The notes: generated from the letters alone by a model not told the origin. A stretch of DNA of 64,000 nucleotides from Octopus vulgaris (GCA_951406725.2 OX597826.1:24056001-24120000); one strand, 5' to 3'; numbered from the stretch's first letter, positions 1 to 13,475 are shown. Program-made: numbers and translations.

Positions 1-935
1 GACGTTAAACGTTGATGATGATACATATATACAACGGGCTTCTTTCAGTTTCTGTCTGCTAAATCCACGCACAAGGCTTTGGTTGGCCCGAGGCTATAGT
101 AGAAGACACTTGCCCAAGGTGCCACACAGTGGGACTGAACCCGGAACCATGTGGTTGCTAAGCAAGCTACTTACCACACAGCCACTCCTGTAGAACCATT
201 AGTATACCAAACAAAGTGTTTAGTGGTATTTCATCTGCTTTACATGCTGAGTTCAAATTCCAGGAAGGTTAACTTAGCCTTTCATCCATTTGGGGCAATA
301 AAATAAGTATGAGCTATACACTGAAGTTGATGTGATCAACTAGCCCCTCCCCTCAAAAATTTCAGGCCTTGTATCTATAATAGAAAGAATATAGATATAA
401 GTAACTTATATAGTACATTAATAAACAGGGCTAACTTAACTGTTTCTCCATAGATTAAAAATATGATGAATAACCTTAATTGATTTTCAAATCTCATTGA
501 ATTCTTATGAGAGGTGTCTCCATCAATTTAACCAATTCCAGAGAAACAAGCCAACTATTATGGTAGCTACAGAAGACTGGACTCACTAATTTGCATATGA
601 TGTTAACACTATATTTTAAATATCAGAGGCCTAGGTGGTAAATCCAGCACATGCTTGTAATTATATTGCCACCATCTGGCCTTTGGGTAACTCTGGGAGG
701 TTTTACTCTGGCACAAGCAAGTATTCTGATCGGTCCATCAGTTTAGCCCTCACTTCTCCTCTGATTTTCTTGCTGAGACTAAACTTCACAAAGTCTCTAG
801 ACAGAGAGTGTTAATCCTTTCGTTACTGTATTTATTTTGATATGCTCTGTGTTTCTTTCAATTAATTTTAAATATAACAAAGAATTTAGTAAAATAACAT
901 AGTTATCATTAAGCTAGTATTAGAAACATGAATTG

Positions 936-1182
936 CAGCTAAGGCACAGTCGTCTCTCTTGCACACCACATTTGATGCTTCTTATGTCCAACTTTTCTCT
1001 CAGGGCATTTACACTCTGTTGTATATGCACACTGACATTACACATCCAGCGGATCTTACTAGCTTCATTTCTTTCAAGCCTATGCATGTCTTCAGCATTC
1101 ATGGCCCATGTTTCACTGCCATGTAGCATGGCAGTTCACACACATGCATCATACAGTCTACTTTTCATCCTGAGTGAGAAGA
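936..1182 (-). mobile_element. RTE fragment nested in a TTAA MITE (812-1266)
   Basis: MLHGSETWAM..ERNEAS; flanks TTAATCCTTTCG and CGAAAAGGTTAA. Confidence 0.8.
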
Positions 1183-1887
1183 TTTTAACTCAAAACTTAT
1201 GAAAACAAGACAATTGTACTATAGAGCAAGAGGCGGTTTCAGTCAGGTTGGTATCGAAAAGGTTAAAATGCCAGCAAAGCTCACAAACACTGCTGTTCCC
1301 CCATCTCTCTTGTATTATTGTTGGCAATTTACATGGTACCTTCTGTCACTCTTCCACCGATGAATAATTAAAAGCTACCATCATCCTCACCGGAATCATT
1401 GTGTAACAACTTTATCTGCTCTTATACTTATATTTATTAAGTCTTAAACATATGCTCTCATTTGTCTGTGTTAAATGAATGAACGAATCCAGTGTGTCTT
1501 CAATTAATCATTAATTAATGTAAACATAAATATGTTATTTATATTCTCCATTGATTTATTTTGTTTGTTTCCATATGATTGTTTCTTTTTTTTTTAGCAG
1601 GTATGAGGGAAGAGGGGGTAGCAAAGTTATGAATGACTTTATTGTGTTTTAGGAATTCATATTTAGTATCCTCATTGTTCGTTTTAAAGTAACATAATAA
1701 CAGTGTCAGTTATCAGACAAATTGTTCTTTAAGCGTTTTCTATTCACATCGGTACAGATGTGGCTATGTGGTAGGAAGTTTGCTCCCAACCACATGGTTT
1801 CAAGTTCGGTCCCATTGCATGACACATTGACAAGTGTCATCTCCTATAGCCCTAGTCTGACCAAAGCCTTATGAGTGGATTTTGTAG

Positions 1888-3800
1888 ATCATCATCATCA
1901 TTGATTAACATCTGTTTTCCAAGCTGGCATGGGTTTGATGGCTTGACTGAGGTCTGGAGAGCCAGCAGCTGGACCAGGCTCCAATATGATCTAGCAAAGT
2001 TTCTACAGCTGGATGCCCTTCCTAACGCCAACCACTCCGAGAGTGTAGTGGGTGCTTTTTACATGCCACTGGCACAGGAGCCAGTCAGGTGGGCTTGGCA
2101 ATGATCATGTTCCGCTGGTTCTTTTTATGTGCCACTAGCACAGGAGCCAGTCAGGGGTACTGACATTGGTCATGATCGGTTGGTGCTTTTTACACCACCG
2201 GCATGGGAGCCAGTAATGGGGTACTGGCATTGGTCATGATCGGTTGGAGCTTTTTACATGTCACCAGCATGGGAGCCAGTCAGGCGGACTAGCATCAACC
2301 ATTTTTGGATGGTGCTTTTTATGTGCCACCGATACAGGAGCCAGTCTGAGGGTACTGGCATCGGCTGGGTTCAGTCGGTGCTTTTTACATGCCACCAGCA
2401 CAGGAGCCAGTCAGGCGGGCCTGGCAACGATCACGTCTAGATGGTGCTTTTTACGTGCCACTGGCACGGGAGCCAGTCAGGGGGCACCCGCTCCAGCTAT
2501 GATATTGGTTTTACTTGACTCAACAGGTCTTCTCAAGCATATAATATTGCCTGATGCATCAGGGGTATTCTTAATGGGGCCTGGACATACCTTGCTGCAA
2601 TCTCACTATAGTTGCCAGCATATCTCCAAAGGTCCTGGTCTCCTGTCATTGCCTCTGTGAAGCCCAATGTTCGAAATTCATGCTTCACCACCTCTTCCCA
2701 TGTCTTTCTGGGTCTACCTCTTCCACGGGTTTCTTCAATAGTTAGGGAGTGACACTTCCTCACACAGCTGTCTTCATTCATACGTAACACATGGCCATAT
2801 CAGCACAGTCGTCTCTCTTGCACACCACGTTTGATACTCCTTATGCCCAACTTTTCTCTCAGGACACTTACACTCTGTCATGTATGCATGCTGATATTAC
2901 ACATTCAGCGGATCATACTAGCTTCATTCCTTTCAAGTTTACGCATGTCCTCAGCATTCATGGCCCATGTTTCACTGCCATGTAGCATGGCAGTTCGCAC
3001 ACATGCATCATACAGTCTACCTTTCACCCTGAGCAAGAGGCCTTTAGTTGCCAGCAGAGGTAGGAGCTCCCTGAACTTAGCCTAGGCTATTTACTCTAGT
3101 GCTACACTCTCAGAGCAACCACCCCCACTACAGACTTGGTCGCCTAGGTAGCAGAAGCTATTAACTACTTCTAGTTTCTCCCCCTGGCATGTCATGGAAT
3201 CTGTTTTCTGTACATCTTCAGTGTTTATTTCCCCAGTGCATCTGCCACACACAAAAATTATTTTCCCTGTTAACCTTCCTTTGATATAACTAAAGTTTTT
3301 GTGTCCATAGATTACACCAGGTACATCGTATAGAGTTTCTACCCATGCCTTTTTTACACATCAAGCAGGGCTATCTACCTGAAGGGGATTGTGATTTGAC
3401 AGCCTTCCTACTTACTAAGACTTTGGTTTTTGCGAGGTTAACCCAAAGACTCTTCAATTTTAGACCTTGCTTCCACACCCTAAACTTCATCTCCAGTTCT
3501 GGCAGTGACTCAGCTATTAGAGCAAGGTTATCAGCATAGAGGAGCTCCCAGGGGTAGCTTGTCTTGAATTCCTCTGTTATTGCCTGGAGGACTATAATGA
3601 ATAAGGGGCTGAGGACTGAGCCTTGGTGAGCCCCTACTTCTACTTGGAATTCTTCATTATACTCATTCCCAACCCTCACCTTACTGACAGCATCCCTGTA
3701 CAGGGCTTGTATAGCTCTTACCAGCCACTTGTCTATCCCCAGTTTCGGCATTGACCACAAAATAAGGGATTGGGGCACCCTGTCAAAGGATTTCTCTGGA
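1888..3800 (-). mobile_element. Degraded 5'-truncated RTE LINE with expanded 3' UTR repeats
   Basis: FDRVP..QGSVLSP..YADN and GRGRPRKTW fragments; about seven ~60-bp units at 2040-2490. Confidence 0.9.
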
Positions 3801-4116
3801 AGCTGATCATGCCCATCATGTATATACGTATTACTTCGGTGAAATACTGTGCTTGACAAGATCTGTCAAGCCAAGTGAAATCATAGTTGTGGCGGATGCA
3901 GGTGTTTCATAACTGGCACCCGTGCCGGTGACACATAAATGGCACCCACTACACTCTTGGAGTGGTTGGCGTTAGGAAGGGCGTCCAGCTGTAAAAATCA
4001 TGCCAAATCAGATTGGAACCTGGTGCAACTCCCAGCTTACCAGTTTTATTTCAAACCGTCCAACCCATGCCAGCATGGAAAACAGATGTTAAATGATGAT
4101 GATGATGATGATGATG

Positions 4117-4160
<44 letters not shown>

Positions 4161-4323
4161 TGACGTATATTTGCCATCTCAATATGGCTACCCCTAAGGG
4201 TGGATGCTACTGTAGTTTTTAGCCCCAGGAGGACACACTCCTCCAGCTGGCCATAGACACACTTTCTGTGTCCTGTCAGTATTTGCAAAGGGAAGTCATC
4301 CTTCCCGTCTTCAACTTATGATA

Positions 4324-4368
4324 CACACGGACTCGAGTTTCGAGGTATTGACCTCTCGTCAGCGTGTG
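4324..4368 (-). ncRNA. Minimal type I hammerhead ribozyme (inverted-arm copy)
   Basis: Reverse complement of 4593-4637. Confidence 0.9.
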
Positions 4369-4592
4369 ACAATCATAGTTGTCGGCGAGAATTAGATTTC
4401 CTTCACAAATACTTATACTTTTTCCAGCGTCCACTGTCGCTGATATTGAAAAAGTGAAATCAAACAATGATATATGGCTACCCCTAAGGGTGGATGTTTG
4501 ATTTCACTTTTTCAATATCAGCGACAGTGGACACTGGAAAAAGTATAAGTATTTGTGAAGGAAATCTAATTCTCGCCGACAACTATGATTGT

Positions 4593-4637
4593 CACACGCT
4601 GACGAGAGGTCAATACCTCGAAACTCGAGTCCGTGTG
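4593..4637 (+). ncRNA. Minimal type I hammerhead ribozyme
   Basis: Stem I CACACG/CGTGTG, core CTGACGA, stem II GAGGT-caat-ACCTC, GAAAC, palindromic loop TCGA, GTC cleavage triplet (cut after 4631). Confidence 0.93.
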
Positions 4638-4848
4638 TATCATAAGTTGAAGACGGGAAGGATGACTTCCCTTTGCAAATACTGACAGGACACAGAAAGT
4701 GTGTCTATGGCCAGCTGGAGGAGTGTGTCCTCCTGGGGCTAAAAACTACAGTAGCATCCACCCTTAGGGGTAGCCATATTGAGATGGCAAATATACGTCA
4801 CGATGTGTTACTGCTACTGTATATAACTCACTTTGATATTTATCATTG

Positions 4849-4877
<29 letters not shown>

Positions 4878-4886
<9 letters not shown>

Positions 4887-5030
4887 CAAAAGAAAAACAG
4901 GATGCAAAGGTACCGCTAAACCCTTTGCATCCTGTTTTTCTTTTGATAAATATACCCTATCACCTACACCACTAACTGGCATATACAGGTGCTTACAGTT
5001 ATCAAGTATTCACCCTGGATTTTTTGTACC
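4878..5030 (+). mobile_element. Short fold-back element with tail in (TA)n
   Basis: Arms 4878-4910 and 4922-4954, 11-nt loop, unpaired tail 4955-5030, TA tracts on both sides. Confidence 0.65.
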
Positions 5031-6289
5031 TATATATATATATATATATATATAGGTGCAGTATGGTTGTGTTTTTGGAAGTTTGCTTTCCAACCAAATG
5101 GTTTCAGGTTCGGTCCCACTGCATGACACCTTGGACAAGTGTCTTCTATAATAGCCCTGGGTTGATCAAAGCCTTGTGAATGGATTTGGTAGATGGAAAC
5201 TGAAAGAAACCCATTGTATATATGTCATCCTGAGAAAATGCTGATGAGTATAGACACGTAGTCTCAGCCGGGAAAAACATCTTGAAAACCATGTGACCAT
5301 TATTTATTTATTTGTTTAAGCTGACATCTTAACAGTGCAAATGTTTTCTATGATGCCAAAAATAAAGAATTCATTTGCATAAATAAACTCTGAAAAGAGA
5401 GTAAAAAGATCAAGTGACTATGAAAAGAGAAGCAAACATTGATTACAAAGTCTTAGATGTACCAAAACAAACAAGATGGTCGTGGCTGGAATGCCTTTGA
5501 TCATAGGCCTACACAACCAGTTCTGATATACAGCTAGATATCATCAACATTAAATTGTTTCTCCTTTGTGCTAAGCAGTATTTCTCTTATTTCTACTAAA
5601 ATTTTTATTACATTTATTATTTTCTATTATTTTATTTGTTATTTCTTATTATTTCATTCATTATTGTAGTTGTTTTTGTTGTCATTATTAAAGCAGCAAG
5701 CTGGCAGACTCGTTTGCACACTGAATTAAAATGCCACCAAGGTCGACTTGCTCTTTTCATGGTTGATAAAATAAATAGCAGTCAAGTACTCCAGTTGCTG
5801 TAACTGACCGGTCCCCTTCCCCCAAAATTCCAGACCTTGTGCCTATATTAGAAAGGATTAGAACAAACAGGGTTGTCTGTTACAGAGGACTTCCTGGTTG
5901 GGAACTATCATGGATAATTTCCAGATGTCTTTGGGTTGGCAGTACTGCTGAGAGGTGCTTTTTATGTACCACCGGCAATGGGCCAATCAGGCGGGCCTGG
6001 CAACGATCATGTTTGGATGGTGCTTTTTATGTGTCACTGGCACAGGAGCCAGTCAGTGGGTACTGACATGGGTCACGATTGATTGGTGCTTTTTACACGC
6101 CACCGGCATGGGAGCCAGTCATGGGGTACTGGCATTGGTCATGATCAGTTGGAGCTTTTTACGTGCCACCAGCACAGGAGCTAGTCAGGCAGGCCTGGCA
6201 TCAACCACTTTCAGATGGTGCTTTTTATGTGCCACCGACACAGGAACCAGTCTGAGGGTACTGGCATCGGACAGGTTCGGTCGATGCTT

Positions 6290-6923
6290 TCTACAGGTAC
6301 AGATGTGCTGTCAGTCAGACTTCTCTGAGGTGCATACTGTGACAAAACCATTCTGCACACCCTCGTTCAGTATCCGGGCATTGCTGACTTGTGGGGTTAT
6401 GTTGAACAACTGCTGTCATGTGTGTGATGGATCCATCTGTAGTGATGATTGCACCACCGCCCTCCTTCAATTGGGCAAGCAGATACATTCCTCTATGGTA
6501 GAGCTCCCTTTGACCTTTTTAAGTTTCACTTTAAAAGGAAATTGAGAGTGGAGAGGGAAGTGTTGTCCTCGAGTGAGTTTATTGAAAGATGGATGAAAGT
6601 TGTGAAAATGGCAAGAGTAGACCTGTGAGTCGGAGAGAAGGAATTAGAGAAGGCACTTGGTCCTAAGGTTTCGGGGGAAATCTCAGACAGTGGGGTTTCT
6701 TGATTATCCCTAGAGGCATTCCTGTATCAGGAGGGCCATCTCTATCATGCTCCCCCACTTTCTTTTTCTTTTACTTTTGTTGTCCCTTCTTTTCCAATGT
6801 ATACCGTGTAATCTTTATTTTTTATCATTATTTTTTATTTTTTCGTTATTATATGTCAACCCTCCACACTTTATGTCTGTCTCTGTATTATTCCGCTCAT
6901 CCTTAGCCATTGTGGAAAATGAA

Positions 6924-6925
<2 letters not shown>
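6290..6925 (+). mobile_element. Degraded 3' fragment of an L1-Tx1 element
   Basis: Frame reads KTILHTLVQYPGIADLWGYVEQLLS, matching ETVLHALVQCPSIAEIWVYVEQLLS of the 47-kb element; T-rich 3' UTR ending in (ATT)n. Confidence 0.75.
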
Positions 6926-6956
<31 letters not shown>

Positions 6957-9900
6957 GTTGTTGTTGTTATTAAGACAGCAAGCTGACAGAATTGTTAGCA
7001 TGCTGGGCAAACTGCTTAGCAGCATTTCATCTGCCTTTACATTCCAAGTTCAAATTCCACCAAGGTTGACTTTGCTTTTGATCCTTTCAGGACAATAAAA
7101 TAAGTACCATTTGAGCACTGGGGGTCAATGTAATAAAGTATCCCACTCCCCCAAAATTTCAAGCCTTGTGCCAAAATTTGAAATCATTATTAAAGTAATG
7201 AGCTGGCAGAATCATTAGCACACCAGGCAAAATGCTTTGCAGTGTATTGTCTCTCTTTATATTCTGAGTCCAAATTTGACCATGGTAATTAAGTACCAGT
7301 TAGCACCAGAGTTTAATGTAATCATCTGTTCCCCTCCCCCCAGAATTCCAGGCCTTGTGCCTGTTATGCAAAGATTCATCATCATCATCATTTAGCGTCC
7401 GTTTTCCATGCTAGCATGGGTTGGACGGTTCAACTGGGGTCTGTGAAGCCGGAAGGCTTCATCATGCCCAGTCAGATATGGCAGTGTTTCTACGGCTGGA
7501 TGCCCTTCCTAACGCCAACCACTCCGTGAGTGTGGTGGGTGCTTTTTACGTGCCACCCGCACAGGTGCCAGACAGAGCTGGCAAACGGACACGAACGGAT
7601 GGTGCCTTTACGTGCCACCGGCATGGGGACCAGGCGAGGCTGCAACGCACACGAACGGATGGTGCTTATACGTGCCACCGGCACGGTTATTTATTATTAT
7701 TATCATTTCTTCTTGGAGCAGTTTTTCACACTTTTCAAAGTTCTTTTCCAACTCACAAGGAATATCCTCCTCGTTACCATCATCATCCTTGCTTTGATGT
7801 CTACATCTTGTCTACTTTTCTTTACATCGGTTGCACAGAAGATTTTGAGGCAGCATTTTACAACAGAATACTATTCCTTATGCCAACCCTTTTCTTGTCA
7901 AATCATCACATACAACACTAGAAACTAGCATAATTATTCTAAAAACACATACAATTCTCTAGAATTTAAGAATACTATCTCCAATAGAGCAATTTTTCCT
8001 GCGTAACTTAGCATATTTATTTTCTTTTTTTCTGTGACCTACAAATAGTTTTCTTTGGCTCTCTTTCTCTCCCACATATTGGAACTAACACTCTAAGTTG
8101 TTGTTTTTATACACCTCATGGATTTTTTTGTGGGTGGGGGTGTATTTTATTTAACATCTCACACTCTGCATATCATCAAAATCCTTAACCCCCCCCCCCC
8201 CGTCCTAGAACATGGCCATCTGAAGTTCTCTCTGCACCAAGATTATTTTCACGAACCCACAGCAGTTACATCAGTTTAAGAATGCCTACAAAAGCCCCCC
8301 CCTTTTGTGTTTAGGGTAAAGGGTGGGTAATAACTATAGTTTTCTTTGCACCCAAATTCCCTAGATTGGTGTACCTGATACACAACTCAAACATCTACTG
8401 AATTATATCGATGTCTGCAGAGAAAAAAGAAACATTTTTTACCCTAAAACCTCTTATTATTAATGATAAAAAATAGAGATCCTTGTAGTTTCTGACAAGC
8501 CAACTAGTTTCCATGACAATTAATCCCAGTTCCTTACCTTCAATTCCTTACCATATATTTAAACCATTATTTACCATATTTTATAGACACTTTTATATTA
8601 TTTATTATATATCTTTTTTCTGCTTCTTTTTTTCCTCTCAGGTAAGAAGTTCCATATTTCTTTTGGTTTCAATGAAATAGCTATAATATATATATTATAT
8701 TGGCTCCACTAAAGAAAAGAAAATCAAGATAACAGTAAGTTTTTTTTTTCATCTAAGTGCATGGCTCATTGTCTTATACTTGGAATAAGTATCGCAGCAT
8801 TTCATTAGAATATAAGTATATATTTAAGAGAGTTATATTAAAGAAGGTAAAACAATATTGAAATGAAACATTTAATAGACCAAAATACATTTTTGGCTTT
8901 TAACTGTTTTTAATTCTATATACAGCCTTATATATAACAAATCACAGAAAGGAAACTTTGACAATCAAACAAAGTCTATGTAGACAAGATTTTTCATGAA
9001 TTTAACGTTTTTTGTAAATTGGGTTGCTATGAAAGCCTCTTCATATGGTAAATTGACTTTGAATGGTAAAAAATGTTTTTGTTCAATGGATTCCCAACTC
9101 TCCTGAGAGCAACATATAACAGACCATGCGTGAACACTAGCAGTATTGTAAAAAAAAAAATGATTTATTATACAGAGAAACTTGCTAACAGATGCAACAT
9201 GGAAGATAGACATTGGCCTTTCAAAATCACACAAAAGTTGATATACTTGCTTAACCCTTTAGTGTTCAGATTACTCTTTCAAATGTGATGCTTCTTTATT
9301 CACATTGATATGAATTAGTCATGCATTACCTCTTTGTAGCTTTGGGATTTCAATGAAGTGATTGTTTATCTTTAGAATAATATTGTAGGGTAAGTGTGAG
9401 AGGCCAGATCTGACCAGTTTGAAGATGATTACAGGTAGATTATTTTGGCTGGATATGGTCAGCTTAAATGCTAAAGTGTTGAACATAAATAATAAAAAAA
9501 AATATACAGGGGCCTGAGCAGGGGCTGCTAGCAGTTTGTGCTGGTCACCATTTAAGACCTCAGTTGTTCTCAGACCCTACACTTCTGATTTCTTTGACAA
9601 AATCAGGATAATATGGCCTGTCTGAGAAATGAGCCCCCGTGAGGTGGAGTGGCTGCTGTAGTGAGTATCACTAGCCATTCTACACAGCAACACCACCACG
9701 TTTCTGACCATGGGGCACAACTGAGCACGCCATTTTTTCTGGGGTATGTGACCGGTTGCTCCCTCCACTTCTGCTACTTAACCCTCGCCCCTTTGTTTTT
9801 CATTTTTTCTTTTCTTTTTCTGGTTTTTTTGTTTGTTTCCTTGTAATGAAATTGTGATGAAGTTTATTTTTTATTTAAAAAAATAAAAAGAACTGAATTC

Positions 9901-10711
9901 TCAAAACTGCCATCACATTAACAGCGACTTGGTCACCAGCAAGATTTAAATAAATTTAAGAATCTTTGTGTGTTTTTGAATGGCTAATATATATATATAC
10001 GTTTTCCTTGCTGTAATTGTTTTTGTTTACATAAAATTTCAGCACAACTCACTTGTGTCTTATTAACAAAAAGAAATGAATAATTATTTGTAAGCATTCT
10101 TAAGAGAAATTTAAAGAAACGAGATACATTATTTTCTTTCGATTTTGTAATAAACTTCTTTAAAAGATGAAATTTATTATTTTCAAAAGTGATAGCTTAA
10201 TGTCTTTTATGATAAATGTTGAGAAATATGTGAGTGCGTGTACAGAGGAAGCGAGCAAGAGAAGAAGGTAGTTGCAAGCCAAACTAGAAGTTGTGTGACA
10301 CACAGACAGATTTCACTATCATTAGAATTAAAGATTGTCATCATCTCCTTCAGCATCTTCTTGTTCATTTGTCTTTATTGCCATCATCATCATCATCATG
10401 GTGGTAGAATGAATGTTACCTTAGATGATCAATACCTCCAGTCCATGGTAAAAATCTGTTTCTTATCTACACAGTGCAATGAATCTCAAGTTAATCCTTT
10501 AAAAGCCCCTTGTGGAATACTTAGGGTTGGTAGCTCAATAGACTTTTACAAACATGTGCGTATTCATCATTGTCATATCTACTTTGCCATGCATGCATTG
10601 TTCAGATGAAGGAAACATTATATATTTATATATATATACACACAATCACATTATATATATATATACACACACTCACACACACACACACAAAATCACTATA
10701 TATATATATAA

Positions 10712-11348
10712 GTATGGTCATGTACTACGGATGGATGAGGAAAGGTGTGTGAAGAAGTACCACTCCCAAACAGTTGAAGGAATTTGGGGTAGAGGTAGAC
10801 CCAGTAAGACATGAGATGAGGTGGTCAAGCATGACCTTTGAATGTTGGGCTTTACAGAGGCAATGACGAAAGACCGAGACCTCTGGAGATATGCTGTAAC
10901 AGCGAAGACCCGACAAATGAAGTGAGTTCATGGCTCGCAGGATGGCCTGCTGTGCTTACCTTGGATTGTAGGGCAACCTGCTGTGCTCGAGGAGACCTAT
11001 TGAGTCAAGTACATCAACATCAAAATAAAAATCAAATGGAAATTGTAGTTGTGATACCTATGTCAGTGGCACGTAAAAAGCACTATCCAAACGTGAGCTT
11101 TTCCAGGGCCGCCTTGACTGGTGTCCGTGCCAGTGGCACGTAAAAACACCAACCAATCGTGGCCATTGCCAGCCTCCTCTGGCCCCTGTGCCAGTGGCAC
11201 ATAAAAAGCACCCACTACACTGATGGAATGGTTGGCATTAGGAAGGGCATCCAGCTGTAGAAACACTGCCAGGTCAGACTGGAATCTGGTGCAGCCTCCT
11301 GGCTTCCCAGACCCATTCTAGCATGGAAAACGGATGTTAAATGATGAT
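10712..11348 (+). mobile_element. RTE 3' fragment
   Basis: YGHVLRMDEE..GRGRP, 3' UTR and GAT tail. Confidence 0.85.
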
Positions 11349-12072
11349 ATATATATATATATATATATATAAAGACTCCCTTCGGTCATAAATGACCATG
11401 GGATTGCATATAGAAAGTTCCCCTCCAAGGCACAATTCCAGGCAAGGTTGTTTATGGAAGACCAGCAGTCACCCATGCATACCATACCCCTCTTCTCCAT
11501 GTCACCAGTGTTATCCAAGGGAAAGGCAACAACCAAAACTGCTTGGCGCTAGTGACATCGCAACTCATTTCTACAGCTGAGTGGACTGGAGCTATGTGAA
11601 ATGAAATTTCTCACTCAAGATCACAACAGTCAGCCTAGTTCGCTTATTGAACTCACTACCTCATGATTGGGAGTCTGACACTAAGCAATGAGCCATGTGC
11701 CCATAAAAATTATTTGGCAACTTTCATGTTCAACTGAAGCTAACTGAGTTTTCTACTCAGCTACACCATATAACTACTCATTCAAACAACTCCTTTAATT
11801 CTATTTGACAATGTACATAGCCCTACACAATTTTGGAGTTATTATATCTCAACAGGGGTATCATTGCTAGTCTGAAAACCAACAAATCTCAATTTCAGCA
11901 TAGACGGGGTCTCTACACCTATGTGTATACCCCTATCACAGCCCTCTAAAATATCCATTTCTGGTACTTTATTTTCTACCTCAGTATACCCATTACTGAG
12001 TGCCCTGAAAATTTGCATTACCTGTGTATAAGATTTGCCCCATCCACCTCACCTATTGTTCACATTGTAAAG

Positions 12073-12800
12073 CAGTGGTTCCTGACCGTTGTTTACCTGT
12101 GGGCTCCTTTGATTCTTATTTTACTTGGATGGATCTTCATTAGCATTTTGTGTTTAACCCTTTAGCATTTAAACTGGCCATATCCAGCCAAAATATTCAA
12201 CCTGTTTTATGTTCAAAATGGACAGATCACATCATTGAAATTTCACAGCTGTGAGAATACACGAGTACTTTGTGTGGTATGTAGCTTGCTTACGAACCAC
12301 ATGGTTCCGGGTTCAGTCCCACTGCATGGCACCTTGGGCAAGTGTGTTCTACTATAGCATTGGGCCAACCAAAGCCTTGTGAGTGGATTTGGTAGACGGA
12401 AACTGAAAGAAGCCCATCGTATATATATATGTGTGTGTGTGTGTCTGTGTTTGTCTTCCCAACATCACTTGACAACCGATAGAATAAGTACTAGGCTTAC
12501 AAAGAATAAGTCCTGGGGTCGATTTGCTCAACTAAAGGCGGTACTCCAGCATGGCCACAGTCAAATGACTGAAACAAGTAAAAGAGTAAATAACCATTAC
12601 ATTTGACAGAGCAATCTTAAATGCTAAACAGTTTTAAAAATCCTATTATATTTTCTTAATTAAATATCTTTGGGAATTGTATAAAAAGGATTAAAATATT
12701 TTGTGTATTGTAGAAGTATAAACAATATATTTCACATAAATTTTAACAAAATCTTATGTAGGCCCCCAGGGGTCATTTGGACGAAAATTGAGAATCACTG
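12073..12800. mobile_element. hAT-type MITE with nested TTAA MITE (~12155-12636) and SINE (~12270-12590)
   Basis: TIRs CAGTGGTTC/GAATCACTG; 8-bp TSD TTGTAAAG/CTGTAAAG. Confidence 0.75.
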
Positions 12801-13371
12801 CTGTAAAGTTTTCACTGAATGAGCAGAGAAAATGGAGTGTTATGAGGTCCCTCTAGTCCTGCCTTGTCAAGGACCGTTCAATCCCTGTAGTGTTGATGCC
12901 ACATGGAAATACATCCAGAACTCTCTTTAGGGACTTATCAAAATGAAGGGCATTCAGCTGTAGAAACCTAGCCAAGCGAGATATACAAGCACAAGTCTTT
13001 AAGAGCACTGGTATCTCCCAGAGGGAGGTGACTCGGACCTTGATAACACATCCACCCTTTTCCAGCACAGAAAGTGTACATAAAATGATGATGATGATGA
13101 TGATGATGAGTCTGGCTGTTTATATATTGATTCAAAAGTGGAGTAAATTGGTTTACCGGCAGCTACCAACAGAAAACATCACTCTCCTACAAAGAATACT
13201 GCCTGAGAGATTAAGGTTTATCCCCTTCCTCACAGCAAAACCAATTTATTCCCCTTTTGAACTGTTTATGCTTGCTAATTGCTGACACAGACCATCACTA
13301 TTTTCCTTGGATCCTACTGCTAAATTTATTCCTATATACATATGTGTACTATTTGCATGTGTGTGTATATA

Positions 13372-13427
<56 letters not shown>

Positions 13428-13438
13428 ATATGTGTATG

Positions 13439-13475
<37 letters not shown>

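Larger units (their letters stand above)
4157..4850 (+). mobile_element. Fold-back non-autonomous Penelope-like terminal element in (TA)n: 310-bp inverted arms + 46-bp tail
   Basis: Arms 4157-4466 and 4495-4804 are reverse complements (one CpG-type mismatch seen); spacer 4467-4494; unpaired tail 4805-4850; (TA)n on both sides; hammerhead in each arm. Confidence 0.85.

Noticed and set aside
2040-2490. CRISPR-like repeat/spacer appearance
   Set aside because: The spacers are homologous to each other, the array lies in an RTE 3' UTR, and there are no cas genes
4157-4804. Palindromes as assembly artefacts
   Set aside because: Arm mismatches, an arm-specific 12-bp duplication, templated filler and shared endpoints between independent copies favour real structures, pending long-read confirmation
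4046-4975. Duplicated 63-100 aa ORFs (likewise 35663-36052)
   Set aside because: By-products of the inverted repeats; no protein motifs
5225-5270. Hammerhead-like CTGATGAG..GACACGTAGTC (also CTGATGA near 17535, CTGATGT near 57910, CTGACGG near 16100)
   Set aside because: Core or stem I missing; too degenerate to call
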